DNA from: Escherichia phage GEP101
Length of the DNA stretch: 64,000 bases
Sequence record: PQ036202
Strand: one strand, 5' to 3'
Of this stretch, positions 1 through 10,182 are shown one piece after another. A model generated the notes under the pieces. The model saw only the letters and a program-made list of their open reading frames with translations. It ran no database searches and was not told the DNA's origin. The position numbers and the translations under genes are program-made. The first letter of the stretch is position 1. Each line of letters opens with the position of its first letter.

Positions 1-21
1 AGCTTTTAAGGGGGAGAATAA

Positions 22-393
22 ATGAAGTGGCTAGAGGAAGCTTTTAAAAATAATATTGGTGCAATTGTAGTTGGTATTTTTAGTGTTATTGGGATGTATA
101 CCACCATGCAAGTTTCGGAAGGTAAACAAGAAGTGTCTATCACAACAAAGTTACAGCAGTTGGATAATTATTCCAAAAGTAATTATTCAGCTATTCGTGA
201 TTTACAGTCTGATATGAGGCTGCTTCAGCTAGGGATGGAGAACCAGAAAGTCCAGTTAGAGAATGTTAAGGGTGAGAACGCAAAACTTACTAAGACTCTT
301 GATAAATTCTCTGATAGTGTGAACAATCTGGCTCAATCAGTATCAGCCCTCCAAGCTATTACTGAAAAGAACACAAAGAATACTGAAAAGTAA
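22..393 (+). CDS. membrane-anchored coiled-coil protein (hypothetical)
   Basis: N-terminal hydrophobic helix (IGAIVVGIFSVIGMY) then heptad-like Q/L/N-rich segment; hairpin terminator directly downstream. Confidence 0.5.
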   Translation: MKWLEEAFKNNIGAIVVGIFSVIGMYTTMQVSEGKQEVSITTKLQQLDNYSKSNYSAIRDLQSDMRLLQLGMENQKVQLENVKGENAKLTKTLDKFSDSVNNLAQSVSALQAITEKNTKNTEK

Positions 394-400
394 AGTTTAA

Positions 401-427
401 GGCTCCTTTTTACGGGAGCCTTTTTTG
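401..427 (+). terminator. rho-independent terminator between convergent genes
   Basis: GGCTCC...GGAGCC stem followed by T6. Confidence 0.6.
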
Positions 428-429
428 TT

Positions 430-1329
430 TTATTTACCTACTGATAAAGGTGCTTCAATCTTTCCTGCATGTTGGTAATTATTAATACCACCAATAAAAT
501 CACTTGCAGTGAGATGTTTTAAGTCACTTAAAGTATTAAGTGGGATACCAATCTCAAAAGTTGGTGCATGGAACTCTTCATTGTTCATCAGTTCATAAAC
601 CTGTTTCATATGGTTCTGATAAATCTGAGTATCTCCAAAGACACCTATCAAGTACCGTGGAGTGTATCCAGTCATCTTACAAAGAACTTCCAGAATAAAA
701 CCATAAGATGCAATATTAAACGGAAGTCCTAAAAAGGTGTCTACAGAACGTTGATACCATTGTAAGTCAACTTCACCCTCGTTAGTGATATAAATCTGAA
801 ACAGAACATGACAAGGTGCTAAAGCCATTGAGTTTGCTGCAATATCTGCTGCATTCCAAGCATTAACAAGCATGTAACGGTCTGTGATATCACCCTTCAT
901 CTTTGTTACTAAGGTCTCTAACTGGTCTACAACACAACCGTTATGGCCTTCAAAGTTTCTCCACTGGACCCCATAGATTCTTCCACCTGCATCCTCTAAC
1001 CAATCTTGCTCAGAAGAATAATTAGAGCTTAACCAGCGTTTAAAATCATCTGACCAGATAGTCCAACGTTCTCCGTCATTTTCACCCCAAGTGCGATAAC
1101 GGAGTTCGCCAAGCTTATTCTCACCATTCAGGAACCATAAAGCTTCCCCAATAACTTGCCGTGTAAACACCTGTTTAGATGTTAATAGCGGGAAACCAGT
1201 TCGCATATCAAAACGAAACTGAGGTGGAGCAAATGCAGAGATAACATCTCCAGTTCGTGTAGTACGCAGTTCACCAACGGATAAAACATGGTTCAGGATA
1301 TTTTTGTAACTTGTATCTGCTTGTGACAT
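430..1329 (-). CDS. thyA: thymidylate synthase
   Basis: Active-site LAPCH motif, DTQIYQNH, RxxGxxDxxGxQW-like segments; 299 aa. Confidence 0.9.
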   Translation of the reverse strand: MSQADTSYKNILNHVLSVGELRTTRTGDVISAFAPPQFRFDMRTGFPLLTSKQVFTRQVIGEALWFLNGENKLGELRYRTWGENDGERWTIWSDDFKRWLSSNYSSEQDWLEDAGGRIYGVQWRNFEGHNGCVVDQLETLVTKMKGDITDRYMLVNAWNAADIAANSMALAPCHVLFQIYITNEGEVDLQWYQRSVDTFLGLPFNIASYGFILEVLCKMTGYTPRYLIGVFGDTQIYQNHMKQVYELMNNEEFHAPTFEIGIPLNTLSDLKHLTASDFIGGINNYQHAGKIEAPLSVGK

Positions 1330-1330
1330 A

Positions 1331-1876
1331 TCAAAAGTGTCCTTTTAATTGTGGAACATAAATTTCAAAAGTTGCTTTACCATCCTCTGATGGTTTTGAC
1401 TGTACCTTTGTAAATACATGGTTATCATACAGCTTCTCAAAGAAGTTTTCAAAAGGTAAATGCACAGTGGCCTCTTCAGTAACTTTATGGAAAACTGTAT
1501 GGAACACTACATCAGCATACGGTAAAGCATTGACAAGGACACCTGCACCACCAATTACAAAGACATCTTCATCAATAGAGCTATCAAGATATTTCAAAAA
1601 TGCTCCAAATGACTCTTTACTGGCTTTTGCATACATTACATCATCTTTGCCAAAGTCTATGCCTAAGTATGGTACAGAATTTGTTAAGATTAGGTTTGCA
1701 CGTTCTGGTAAAGGTTTACTACCCAGAGTCTTAAAAGTCTCATTCCCCATCACTACTAAGTTGTTTTTAGTGAGTCTCTTAAACTCTTGCATATCCTGTT
1801 TATGTCGAGGCCACGGCATACCAGTTGGAGTACCAAACTCCCCATTTTCACCACTTGCAAAGATTAATTTAATCAT
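1331..1876 (-). CDS. frd: dihydrofolate reductase
   Basis: GMPWP near N-terminus, VVMGNETFKTLG, PLPERANLILT; 181 aa; immediately upstream of thyA. Confidence 0.85.
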   Translation of the reverse strand: MIKLIFASGENGEFGTPTGMPWPRHKQDMQEFKRLTKNNLVVMGNETFKTLGSKPLPERANLILTNSVPYLGIDFGKDDVMYAKASKESFGAFLKYLDSSIDEDVFVIGGAGVLVNALPYADVVFHTVFHKVTEEATVHLPFENFFEKLYDNHVFTKVQSKPSEDGKATFEIYVPQLKGHF

Positions 1877-2133
1877 TTTGTAAATCCTTTCTTAATGAAC
1901 CAGTTGATAACATTCTTCACAGCTTTATTGCTATGGTAGATTAAGTGTGGTGTAGGTTGGTATGAACCATAAGCCCAGAAAGCAATGATTTCACTACACC
2001 CTGTACACCTTGTACTCTCTTCAGCAATATGACCGTTGACTATTTCACTCACCTCACCCTGTAAGTCTGTACATCCACAATGTGGACAACGGATAGGTGC
2101 TCCATCAGACTCATAGCAGTGTTCAATTTTCAT
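1873..2133 (-). CDS. small Cys-rich zinc-ribbon-like protein
   Basis: CPHCGC ... CTGC motifs; 86 aa. Confidence 0.45.
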   Translation of the reverse strand: MKIEHCYESDGAPIRCPHCGCTDLQGEVSEIVNGHIAEESTRCTGCSEIIAFWAYGSYQPTPHLIYHSNKAVKNVINWFIKKGFTK

Positions 2134-2649
2134 CTATTTAACCTCAAAAACTGGCTCAAGAACCAATATAAAGTCCACACAGTCATCTTCTTCATCCAGA
2201 ATACCATCAAAGTTCTTAGGAACGAAGTCGAAGAGGCTCATAACAAAGCAGTCAGAAGTAACCCTAATAGTGCCTCCCATATTCTCTACAGTCAACACTG
2301 TACGGCTTTCTTTTACCTCTCTCAAGAGATTACTCACAAAGTCATCTAGGAAGTACTTCATTAGTGACTTAAAGCCTTTAGGGTAGTCTGTACCAGAGTA
2401 TGTTTCAATCTGAGGTACAAGCTTAACATTTATGATAGTCTTTGCTAAGAATGTGCTAGAGAACATGCTATCAGGTAGCTTGCAAACAATCTTTCCAGTG
2501 CCTTCATGCTCAATCTCAACAAAACCAGCTTCGTCGCCACATGTAACTATTTTAAAAGATGCTTCATTCTCACACTGTGAAGCCATAAACTTTTTAAGCA
2601 TCACTTTAAGGAAATCTGCATGAGCATCTTGTAAGTAGATATCAATCAT
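2134..2649 (-). CDS. hypothetical protein
   Basis: 171-aa ORF tightly packed in minus-strand operon. Confidence 0.5.
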   Translation of the reverse strand: MIDIYLQDAHADFLKVMLKKFMASQCENEASFKIVTCGDEAGFVEIEHEGTGKIVCKLPDSMFSSTFLAKTIINVKLVPQIETYSGTDYPKGFKSLMKYFLDDFVSNLLREVKESRTVLTVENMGGTIRVTSDCFVMSLFDFVPKNFDGILDEEDDCVDFILVLEPVFEVK

Positions 2650-2662
2650 AGTTAATCACCTA

Positions 2663-3022
2663 TTATGGGAACAGACACTTGATGTCATCATTTTTGAAAA
2701 CGAAACTTGTGTAGTTGTGACCATCAACATCCAGCCAAACAGCCTGAACATCTACACCATCAAGATTCTGGTAAAGCTCTTTGATGAAGTGGTCTTTTAC
2801 AACCTGACTGCTAGTTGTTTCCAGCTTAATGTTAGAGATTGCTGAACCTACAGCCATATAACCCATGACACGTTTCTTCTCAGTATGCTTAATCTTACCA
2901 TCTTTGTAAGCCATAATGAGATTGGAAAGAATCTTCACACCATAATACTTTTCAAGGTGAGTAGGTACACCATAAAAACCTAATGCAAAGTTTTCAGAGT
3001 GGATAATGTTTTCACGTTTCAT
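2663..3022 (-). CDS. hypothetical protein
   Basis: 119-aa ORF, operon context. Confidence 0.5.
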   Translation of the reverse strand: MKRENIIHSENFALGFYGVPTHLEKYYGVKILSNLIMAYKDGKIKHTEKKRVMGYMAVGSAISNIKLETTSSQVVKDHFIKELYQNLDGVDVQAVWLDVDGHNYTSFVFKNDDIKCLFP

Positions 3023-3023
3023 A

Positions 3024-3353
3024 TTAATCTGCCAGCCTTAAATTAAAATTAACACCAAATTTTTCGCATACCTCCAACATATACTCAAGGGATACATTAC
3101 CAGTGAGGTGGATTATGTTGGATACACGAGCCTGAGAGATACCGCAAATTTTAGCAACTTGCTCTTGAGAAAGACCTCTGGATTTAATCTCTCTCTTAAA
3201 ACGATGTGCAACGAAATCTCTCATTTCGTCTACATCCATTGGACAAATATAACTCTCCATTTCAGCCTCTCTGTCAGCCTCCCAATCATCTTGTGGAGCA
3301 TAGGGGTCAAAAACCTCATTCATCTTTCTTCTTCCGTTTTCGTGAAGTGTCAA
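3024..3353 (-). CDS. HTH (XRE-like) DNA-binding protein
   Basis: C-terminal helix-turn-helix LSQEQVAKICGISQARVSNI. Confidence 0.55.
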   Translation of the reverse strand: MTLHENGRRKMNEVFDPYAPQDDWEADREAEMESYICPMDVDEMRDFVAHRFKREIKSRGLSQEQVAKICGISQARVSNIIHLTGNVSLEYMLEVCEKFGVNFNLRLAD

Positions 3354-3528
3354 TCAATGAATCTATGTTTGTAGCCCTAACCTTTTCACGTTCATCATTA
3401 AGATAATCATCAAGAGCCTTCTCAATCTGTGAATCATCTTGACAGATGACTGTAAAGACTGTAAAGCCGTCTGTATCATCAATTATCTTACCATAACCGC
3501 TTCTGGGATGTAACTTTTTAAGAGCCAT
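3316..3528 (-). CDS. hypothetical small protein
   Basis: 70-aa ORF overlapping neighbour start. Confidence 0.35.
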   Translation of the reverse strand: MALKKLHPRSGYGKIIDDTDGFTVFTVICQDDSQIEKALDDYLNDEREKVRATNIDSLIDTSRKRKKKDE

Positions 3529-3529
3529 A

Positions 3530-3913
3530 TCAAATACCTGTGCAGCTTCTGTTTTCTAAGAAATACTCAACACCATACATAGCTTTTTGCATCAAATCTT
3601 CTTTAAACTGGATACGATGATTGAGCATAGCCTGTACATCAATATCCTCATGGTGCTTCTCTTTAATGTTTGCAGATTGCAGGAAATACTCTGCAAGAAC
3701 ACGATACTGATAGTCAGTTACTTTATCAGTCATCTCTGTTAAAGACTCTTCAGAGATTGGTTTAAGTAACTCACCATTAGCCAGAGCAACACCTTTAACA
3801 ATCTGACAAGTATCTTCTGGAACACCTGATAAGTCCACATTCGGGAGTTCTGTTGCATTGACTGGTAAATTCATTGCCATAACCATTGCAGCAGCTAATA
3901 AAATCTTTTTCAT
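3530..3913 (-). CDS. secreted/periplasmic protein (hypothetical)
   Basis: Signal-peptide-like N-terminus MKKILLAAAMVMAMNLPVNA. Confidence 0.5.
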   Translation of the reverse strand: MKKILLAAAMVMAMNLPVNATELPNVDLSGVPEDTCQIVKGVALANGELLKPISEESLTEMTDKVTDYQYRVLAEYFLQSANIKEKHHEDIDVQAMLNHRIQFKEDLMQKAMYGVEYFLENRSCTGI

Positions 3914-4215
3914 AATGACCCCAAAGTTATATTAAATTTTGTATTACATTGAGTATAAAAATAAGCTATAACACCTGACTTGTCAACAGACTTTATAGCT
4001 TATTTGGCAGATTTTTTATAAGGCTACTGCCATCCTTCCATACATTACCTTACCTTACCTTACCAGACCACACCATGCAAAACCAGACTTCACATCACCC
4101 GACTGTGCAATACTTCACTTAAAAACCCTCTTAAAAGACTCTTAAGTGATGCTGGTGAGTACCCGTTGGTTTATGCTGCTCAGTATACTCACCAAATTTT
4201 CTATGTCAACAACTT

Positions 4216-5316
4216 TTATTCATAATCTCGTATAACTAACCCAACAGGGAACTGTAAAGAACCTTTACGAGTCATCTTCTGGAACTGAACCGTCAAAGGT
4301 TTCCCGATAAACTCTTCAGGATGTTCAGCAAGATACTGTTTCTTCTCATGAGTAGTCTTCCATGAGACATCTACAAAGACGTTAGGAAGAGTCTCTACAA
4401 CGAACTTGCCATGACCACGTTTATCGGTCTTTACACCAGTCACTTTAAACTCTTCAGTGTGCATCTTCTTGTGCTTAATCAAGAAGTATGAACGGTGACA
4501 ACACTCATAGAAGGAGTCTTCAGAGATTGAACGGTACATTGCACCTTCAAACTGAGCTTCAACCCACTTATCATGGGCTTCATCAAACTCTTCCCAAGAA
4601 TTTACACGACGAGACTTAACAGGAACAACTTTACAGCCATCTCTGAAGTCATTCAATGGTGAAGTCTCAATAATGTCTCTACGCTCAGGCCACGTCTTAG
4701 TACTGTCACAAATATCGTACCAGTAGAACTGGAGTAGATGTCGGTCTGGATTGTCAGCATTCTTAATCATAGACACAATATCTTCTAAGTCCCAACCATG
4801 AGCATAAATCTCACCATCAAAGTCTTCGACTTGTGGATGCAATTTAAGCAACAAAAGCAAATCTGGGATTAGTTCTGCTGGGACGTTGTAAATAGTATTC
4901 TCACGAGAATAAGCCGTGAAGCTAACTAAATCAGCATCTCTTGAAATTCTACAACGAACACCATCAAGTTTCGGTTGAGCATCAGCAGGGAACTTCAAAT
5001 ACTTTGCATGACTAACCTTTGCAGCATCATGAGCAAGCTGCACACCTACCTTCTCAGTATTCTGTGCAGACTCTTTTGTGTAAGCATAACCTTTGCGTTC
5101 AACTTGCTTTTTATACTTAGCAGCAACTTCAAAGAGAGCTTGCTGTTCAGCGTTACGCTCATTCTTTTTACCGATGTTTTTAGGTTCTGCTGTATACTCT
5201 TCAAACATCATCTTGCCATTTTCTTTACCGTAGGTTGTAATAACTTTGTCACCTACAGCAACGCATGACCAGACGTTAAAAGAGCCGTCTTTATTTTGTT
5301 TGTACAGTATTGTCAT
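4216..5316 (-). CDS. ATP-dependent DNA ligase
   Basis: Adenylation motif I KLDGVR (PKLDGVRC); 366 aa. Confidence 0.8.
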   Translation of the reverse strand: MTILYKQNKDGSFNVWSCVAVGDKVITTYGKENGKMMFEEYTAEPKNIGKKNERNAEQQALFEVAAKYKKQVERKGYAYTKESAQNTEKVGVQLAHDAAKVSHAKYLKFPADAQPKLDGVRCRISRDADLVSFTAYSRENTIYNVPAELIPDLLLLLKLHPQVEDFDGEIYAHGWDLEDIVSMIKNADNPDRHLLQFYWYDICDSTKTWPERRDIIETSPLNDFRDGCKVVPVKSRRVNSWEEFDEAHDKWVEAQFEGAMYRSISEDSFYECCHRSYFLIKHKKMHTEEFKVTGVKTDKRGHGKFVVETLPNVFVDVSWKTTHEKKQYLAEHPEEFIGKPLTVQFQKMTRKGSLQFPVGLVIRDYE

Positions 5317-5519
5317 TTTCTCTTACCACCAATTTCTACGTCAATAACTTGAACATCACCAGCAACATCGAACTTATGGATGATGCTTTCCACAGTGTAA
5401 GTCCAACCATCAATGCGAACCAACTCACCTTCCCGTGGGACTATTGGATTACGTTGAGCTACGGTTGTAGTGGAGTGAACAACATCATAACAGTAGATAT
5501 AGTTTACTAGGACTTCCAT
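5313..5519 (-). CDS. hypothetical protein
   Basis: Track ORF 5313..5618 trimmed to internal Met (ATG at 5517-5519, GAGG upstream) to avoid overlap with next gene; start uncertain. Confidence 0.35.
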   Translation of the reverse strand: MEVLVNYIYCYDVVHSTTTVAQRNPIVPREGELVRIDGWTYTVESIIHKFDVAGDVQVIDVEIGGKRK

Positions 5520-5529
5520 CTTGAAAACC

Positions 5530-5766
5530 TCACTCAATAACAGTAGTGTGTGATTGACCATTTTTGCCATAGCTATAAGATGTTGTTGTTTGAGAGTTTG
5601 GACATCTGACAACAACAATATCTCTGCTTATGGCATCACCATGTAACTTATAGACTTTGCAATCTTGCATCTCTGGTGGGAGGCTATAAGAAGCATTTTT
5701 ATCTTCATAAGAAGGGTTGCACCCAGCTAGAAAAATAACACCAAGTGCAATTACTGCTTTCCACAT
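5530..5766 (-). CDS. putative lipoprotein
   Basis: Start moved to Met9 (ATG 5764-5766 with AGGAGAGG RBS); signal peptide ending in lipobox LAGC. Confidence 0.5.
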   Translation of the reverse strand: MWKAVIALGVIFLAGCNPSYEDKNASYSLPPEMQDCKVYKLHGDAISRDIVVVRCPNSQTTTSYSYGKNGQSHTTVIE

Positions 5767-5952
5767 AATACCTCTCCTATTACTGTTCACGATGTTCTAC
5801 TTCTCTGTACGTTCGTCGATAGTATATAATAAGCTGTGCTAACTCGTTGCTTTTAACATCTGAACGTAGCAGTTGCCAATCAAAACCTTTACCAACTCTT
5901 CCATATAAGCTAAATAATTTTACTTTGCGTTTCATTTTGGTACTCCCAATAC

Positions 5953-6180
5953 TCAGAGGCCAATGCTAATACGTTCACCCTTGAGGACTCCTGTACGGTC
6001 TCTTGCAATCTTACCGTCAACAATAAGGATATGCGCAGACTTTAAAGATTCACTATTAAAACCTTTTACGAACTTACTAGGCATCACCACAATAAGCATC
6101 TCTTGAATCAACTCTGGAGTATAGCAATTGTCGTGAAGTTGCTGAATAACGTCTGCAAGTGTCATTTTTGATGTCTCCAA
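5953..6180 (-). CDS. hypothetical protein
   Basis: 75-aa ORF. Confidence 0.4.
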   Translation of the reverse strand: METSKMTLADVIQQLHDNCYTPELIQEMLIVVMPSKFVKGFNSESLKSAHILIVDGKIARDRTGVLKGERISIGL

Positions 6181-6371
6181 TACTCAATATCAATAAGTTC
6201 TTGTGCAATGCTTTTCAGATTACCTTTCAAGAAAACCTTCTCAGAACCTGAAAGAGATGAATTGTCAATTAACCTGTTCATTCTCTCAAACAACTTCTGC
6301 TTACGATTCTTGATAGTTTCCTTTGAAGCCCCTTTCATCATTGCTGCATGGGTTCTTCCACGGTGGCTCAT
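6162..6371 (-). CDS. hypothetical protein
   Basis: 69-aa basic ORF. Confidence 0.4.
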   Translation of the reverse strand: MSHRGRTHAAMMKGASKETIKNRKQKLFERMNRLIDNSSLSGSEKVFLKGNLKSIAQELIDIEYWRHQK

Positions 6372-6422
6372 AAGACCTCCTATATAAGATATTGTATAAG
6401 GTACTCTTCCCTGAGCACCTTG

Positions 6423-6956
6423 TCAAGATAGTTTTGCAAACTCTCCGTGGAGTTTAATAGCAGCTTCACAGTAAGCTTTATGGGCTTCTTCTGGTGTGTC
6501 ATGATAACCTAAAAACATCTTCTTACCTTTATAACTTATCTGTGCGACCCACTTACCAGACTTCTTCTTAAGACTTACACCCTTGTACCCAGATTTATTG
6601 GTGACTGGTTTACCTTTATTCCAAGCACTTTGAAAGTCATCTGCTTCCCTTAAGTTTACAATCCTGTTGTCAAGTGAGTCTCCGTTGATATGGTCAATGA
6701 TACCTTTTGGCATCTTGCCATACACGTAAAGCCATGCGAGTCTGTGTGCTTTATGTGCTTTCTTGTCAAAATAGATACTAACCTGTTTATGACCACTTGA
6801 ATCAGTCTGGATATTACCTGCCACCTTTCCTGCATAATTACTGTTAAAAACACTAACAGCTCTTGATTTACCTTCTCTACGAAGCCAAGTAAAGACCCCT
6901 GTTTCGGGGTCATAGTGCAGCAGCTCCTTTAAACGTTTTTGTAAAATTAAATCCAT
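6423..6956 (-). CDS. HNH homing endonuclease with AP2-like DNA-binding domain
   Basis: HNH motif IDHINGDSLDNRIVNLR; AP2-like segment GYKGVS...KWVAQISYKGKKMFLGYHDTPEEAHKAY; starts 3 nt after DNA polymerase stop. Confidence 0.75.
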   Translation of the reverse strand: MDLILQKRLKELLHYDPETGVFTWLRREGKSRAVSVFNSNYAGKVAGNIQTDSSGHKQVSIYFDKKAHKAHRLAWLYVYGKMPKGIIDHINGDSLDNRIVNLREADDFQSAWNKGKPVTNKSGYKGVSLKKKSGKWVAQISYKGKKMFLGYHDTPEEAHKAYCEAAIKLHGEFAKLS

Positions 6957-6959
6957 TAA

Positions 6960-7519
6960 TCAATGTACCTCATACCAGCTCTTACCAACCTTTGCTGTAC
7001 CAGTTACAAGTGTTTCTTTCCTCAAACCTAAGTTTTTTGAAGCTTGTCCATACATCCAGTCAGCAATTGCTTTCATATCATGTGTCATACCCTCTGGACA
7101 TTCCCAACTATTTTCATCGTGATATGCCAGAAGTAACCTTGCTCCGATAGCTGGTTTTCGAGCATTCAGTTTTGTCAGGCCATCTTCACAGGCTTTTCTT
7201 GCTGCTAGGTTGATGGCCTCATTCTGAATCTGTGCTTCCGAACTCATCAGGAGGTAGTTCAGTAGTTTATGTGGAGATTTGCACCATATCCATGCTCCAG
7301 CGACCCTGATATAACCACCTTTAGCAATTGAAGAGTTCTTCCCAAAAACCTCTTCCAGAGCCTTTTTAGACACCTTAAAATCAGCTTCTAAGCTATCAAG
7401 TAACTTCTTAATCTTTGGCAAACGCATATAGTAAGTTTGTTTAGTCAATGCACCTTCTTCCGTAGATGATGCCTTGATAGTTTTTGCAAACTTCTCATCG
7501 CCAGCCCCGAACAATACAT
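6960..7519 (-). CDS. DNA polymerase I (family A), exon 2
   Basis: Encodes ...VLFGAGDEK (end of motif B) and motif C YHDE; first in-frame codon after proposed 3' splice site at 7519. Confidence 0.75.
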
Positions 7520-7790
7520 CTGGTCAATACACTCGCAAGGTGTACCAGTTCTCTTATGAACTTCTCCGCATTTCTACGGAGTGTCGGACTATATCACGTA
7601 GCAGTGATGCTACCGTTGCACTTGGGGATGGCCATTAGCTTACCACCCTACTCTACTCAGTTCATACATTAAGTATGCTTTTCGATAGTCTCTGAACGTT
7701 CCTCTTAAGAGGCTTCGCTGCTGATTACCATATCTTTCCAGACTTAGGCTTCCAGCAATTCACAACGTTTTACATGCGCCACTGACGCAT
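7520..7790 (-). mobile_element. group I intron (ORF-less, 271 nt) in DNA polymerase gene
   Basis: Interrupts motif B between ...KNGIY and VLFGAGDEK; exon ends in U, intron ends in G; P1 pairing U|AUGCG with CGCAUG; consensus-like P/Q/R/S elements AAUUGCUGGAAG, AAUCAGCAGC, GUUCAGAGACUA, GAUAUAGUCC. Confidence 0.75.
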
Positions 7791-9960
7791 AAATGCCATT
7801 TTTGGCTTTCTTACGACCTTTTGTAATCTCGTGAAGAAGCTCCTCATCCTGCGTCTCCCTACAACGAACAATATCATCTTCCTTGTTTAGACCAAAGTAA
7901 ATACTATTCAGTGTATGTGCATCAGTACCTGTGTAGACTTCGTAGAGGTCATTCTCAGCATCATAACGAAGATACTTATCAGTTTCTGGATTGAGGTACT
8001 TATCGAGATGCTTGCAATAGTATCTTCCATCCTCTTGCTTGGTAAATTCTACTGACTCTTTACCTTCAGTTACCGCTTTGGTGAAGTCTTTATCACCCAT
8101 AAAGTTACACAGTAAAACAAGCTGTGCAGAGTTCTGGTCAACTGAAACGATATTAGTCCCTTCCTCGCAAATCCACACCTCCCTCATAGGTGCTCCATAG
8201 ACAGCAGCACCAGACGGTACGTTTACAATACCATATTGTGTCATACGTCCAGTTGAAGTACCAAATACCATTGCACCGGCACTAAGGCGACCATCAGGGC
8301 GAATCTGGTTCAACCAACCTTTTTCATCATCCTTTGAGTTCTCAATAGTTCTACGTCGGTGCATCAAAGTGTAGTATTTCGCAATCTTCTGTCCAAGCTC
8401 ACCTTCAATCGTATCATAAGATGATTCAGTAAGTTTTGGTGAAGTACGGATTAAGCAAGGCTCAAGCAAATCTGTGTACTTCTTCACAGACCAGTTATGC
8501 TCAATGTACTGGACACCTTCATGTTCAACATAACTCAAACCACACCGTTCCACCATCTCATCCCACTTAGGATGCTTTGTAATCATCTTTTTGTTGTCTT
8601 TGAAACGACAAACTTTGACAGGACGACCGTCAGAGTCTTTCTTGTAGTTCCAGTCATCTGGAATCCAACCAACTGATTTCAAGTAGTCTTTAACAACTGC
8701 TACCTGAGTCATACGAGAAACTTCGAACTCAATTGGTGTATATGGTGCATCAATCAAACCTGTGTAGCGACTTGACTCAAGCTCAAAGTGGTTAACGACA
8801 TGGCTGTTATAGTACTTCACAGTTTTAACTGTTTTTACTGGCTTCCAGTCTTTGCACTTCTTACCAATCTTTGCATTCAACTCATTGCAAATTGCACGAG
8901 CATCCTTCATTGCTACAAAACCTTCCTTGTACTCTTCACCAGTTACAGAGTTGGTTGGTGTATAGCAATTCCGCTTTTCAATGTTAAAAATCTTTGTAGT
9001 TGGCTTACCAAATGGCTTGATTTCATATGTCTGCATCTCACCGTTACGTACCTGTTGACGATACTTTGTCTTAGGGTACTTGGTAATTCTTTTCAGTCCA
9101 TCTGCATGACCAAATGCTTCAACATACTCATTCCAAGCTTTTGCAAACTCTTCTCCAGTGACTTTACCTTTGGTCTTAATAGTTGGAGGAAGATGTGGTT
9201 CAACTTCTGAAGCAAGCTCATTAGTCAACTTGTCAAGTTCCTTTACATGAAACTCCATAAGCTCTTTATCAGCTTTCCAACCATTGATAGCCTGTTGACT
9301 CATCCAGAAAGATGTTTCTTTAGCTCGCATGTAAGTCTCATAAGTGTCTATACCACACTTCTTAAGCTTGAGATACTCGTTATCAAGTGCCCGTTTAGTT
9401 TTGGCGTTGATACGGATATCTTCCACAACACGAGTGAAGATTTCTGCATTCCACACACCCCAATGTTCAATCTCTGGTTTACGGACACCAACACGAGCAC
9501 CCCATGCTGCCAAGCCATGAGCACCTTTATAGCCCTTTGGAGTTGGTCTATCCATCCACTGAACACGAGACTGGATAAGAGAATCCTGAAAGAAATTACT
9601 CCACGGCTTACACTTTGGATTATCAAAGTTCCACAAATCAGGTGCAATGTGGTTGAAAACCCACCAGTCATAACCGAGACCGTTATGGATGCAAAGACGT
9701 TTTGCCTTTAACGCAAACTCAACACCTTCACGCAAACCACCCTTAATGTACTTGGTGTACTTGTGACCGAGGATAGGCTCATCTGTAAAGACCCATACAG
9801 GTGGCTCTTCATCGTCAGATTTATAGTCTGCGAAAGCCATGACGTGTACTTTAGTGAACTCAAGGAGTAAACCATCAGTTTCTGTATCACCAACTAAGTG
9901 TAAGTTTTTAAAATCTACGTTTTCCATTTCTACTCCCTCTAAATCATTAACCACATACAT
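7791..9960 (-). CDS. DNA polymerase I (family A) with 3'-5' exonuclease domain, exon 1
   Basis: Exo I motif DTETDG near N-terminus; motif B start RKKAKNGIY at exon end; track ORF 7744..9960 is read-through into intron. Confidence 0.8.
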
Positions 9961-9985
9961 TACTGCAAAAAATTATAAAAAGCAA

Positions 9986-10012
9986 GTTGACAATGTACTT
10001 GACAAGGTGTTA
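9986..10012 (+). promoter_or_regulatory. tandem TTGACA element (GTTGACAA-N6-CTTGACAAGGTG), putative early promoter
   Basis: Two TTGACA hexamers 12 bp apart in the divergent intergenic region; same architecture at 46825 and 57046. Confidence 0.4.
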
Positions 10013-10182
10013 ATCTTTGCGAAGTGGGTTTTTACTTAAAAGGTTACTTAACAGTTTAACTATACAGATACTTTAAAACTCTTAAAAGATTATTTAATAG
10101 CTTTTAAAAGTTTTAAAGTATAACGTATAGAATACGTTAAGATAAAAGATTAAAACTTAATAGTTACTTAAAAGAGGCTTAC

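Noticed and set aside
1467-1883. 138-aa plus-strand ORF
   Set aside because: Lies entirely antisense to the well-supported dihydrofolate reductase gene; no RBS or motif support
7515-7743. DNA polymerase encoded as two independent polypeptides separated by an intergenic spacer
   Set aside because: Exon 2 lacks an ATG start and RBS, the split falls inside catalytic motif B, and the spacer carries group I P/Q/R/S elements with correct splice-site nucleotides
8788-9711. Several plus-strand ORFs (8788-9210, 9247-9711, 9839-10039)
   Set aside because: Antisense to the DNA polymerase exon 1; low-complexity hydrophobic translations typical of shadow ORFs
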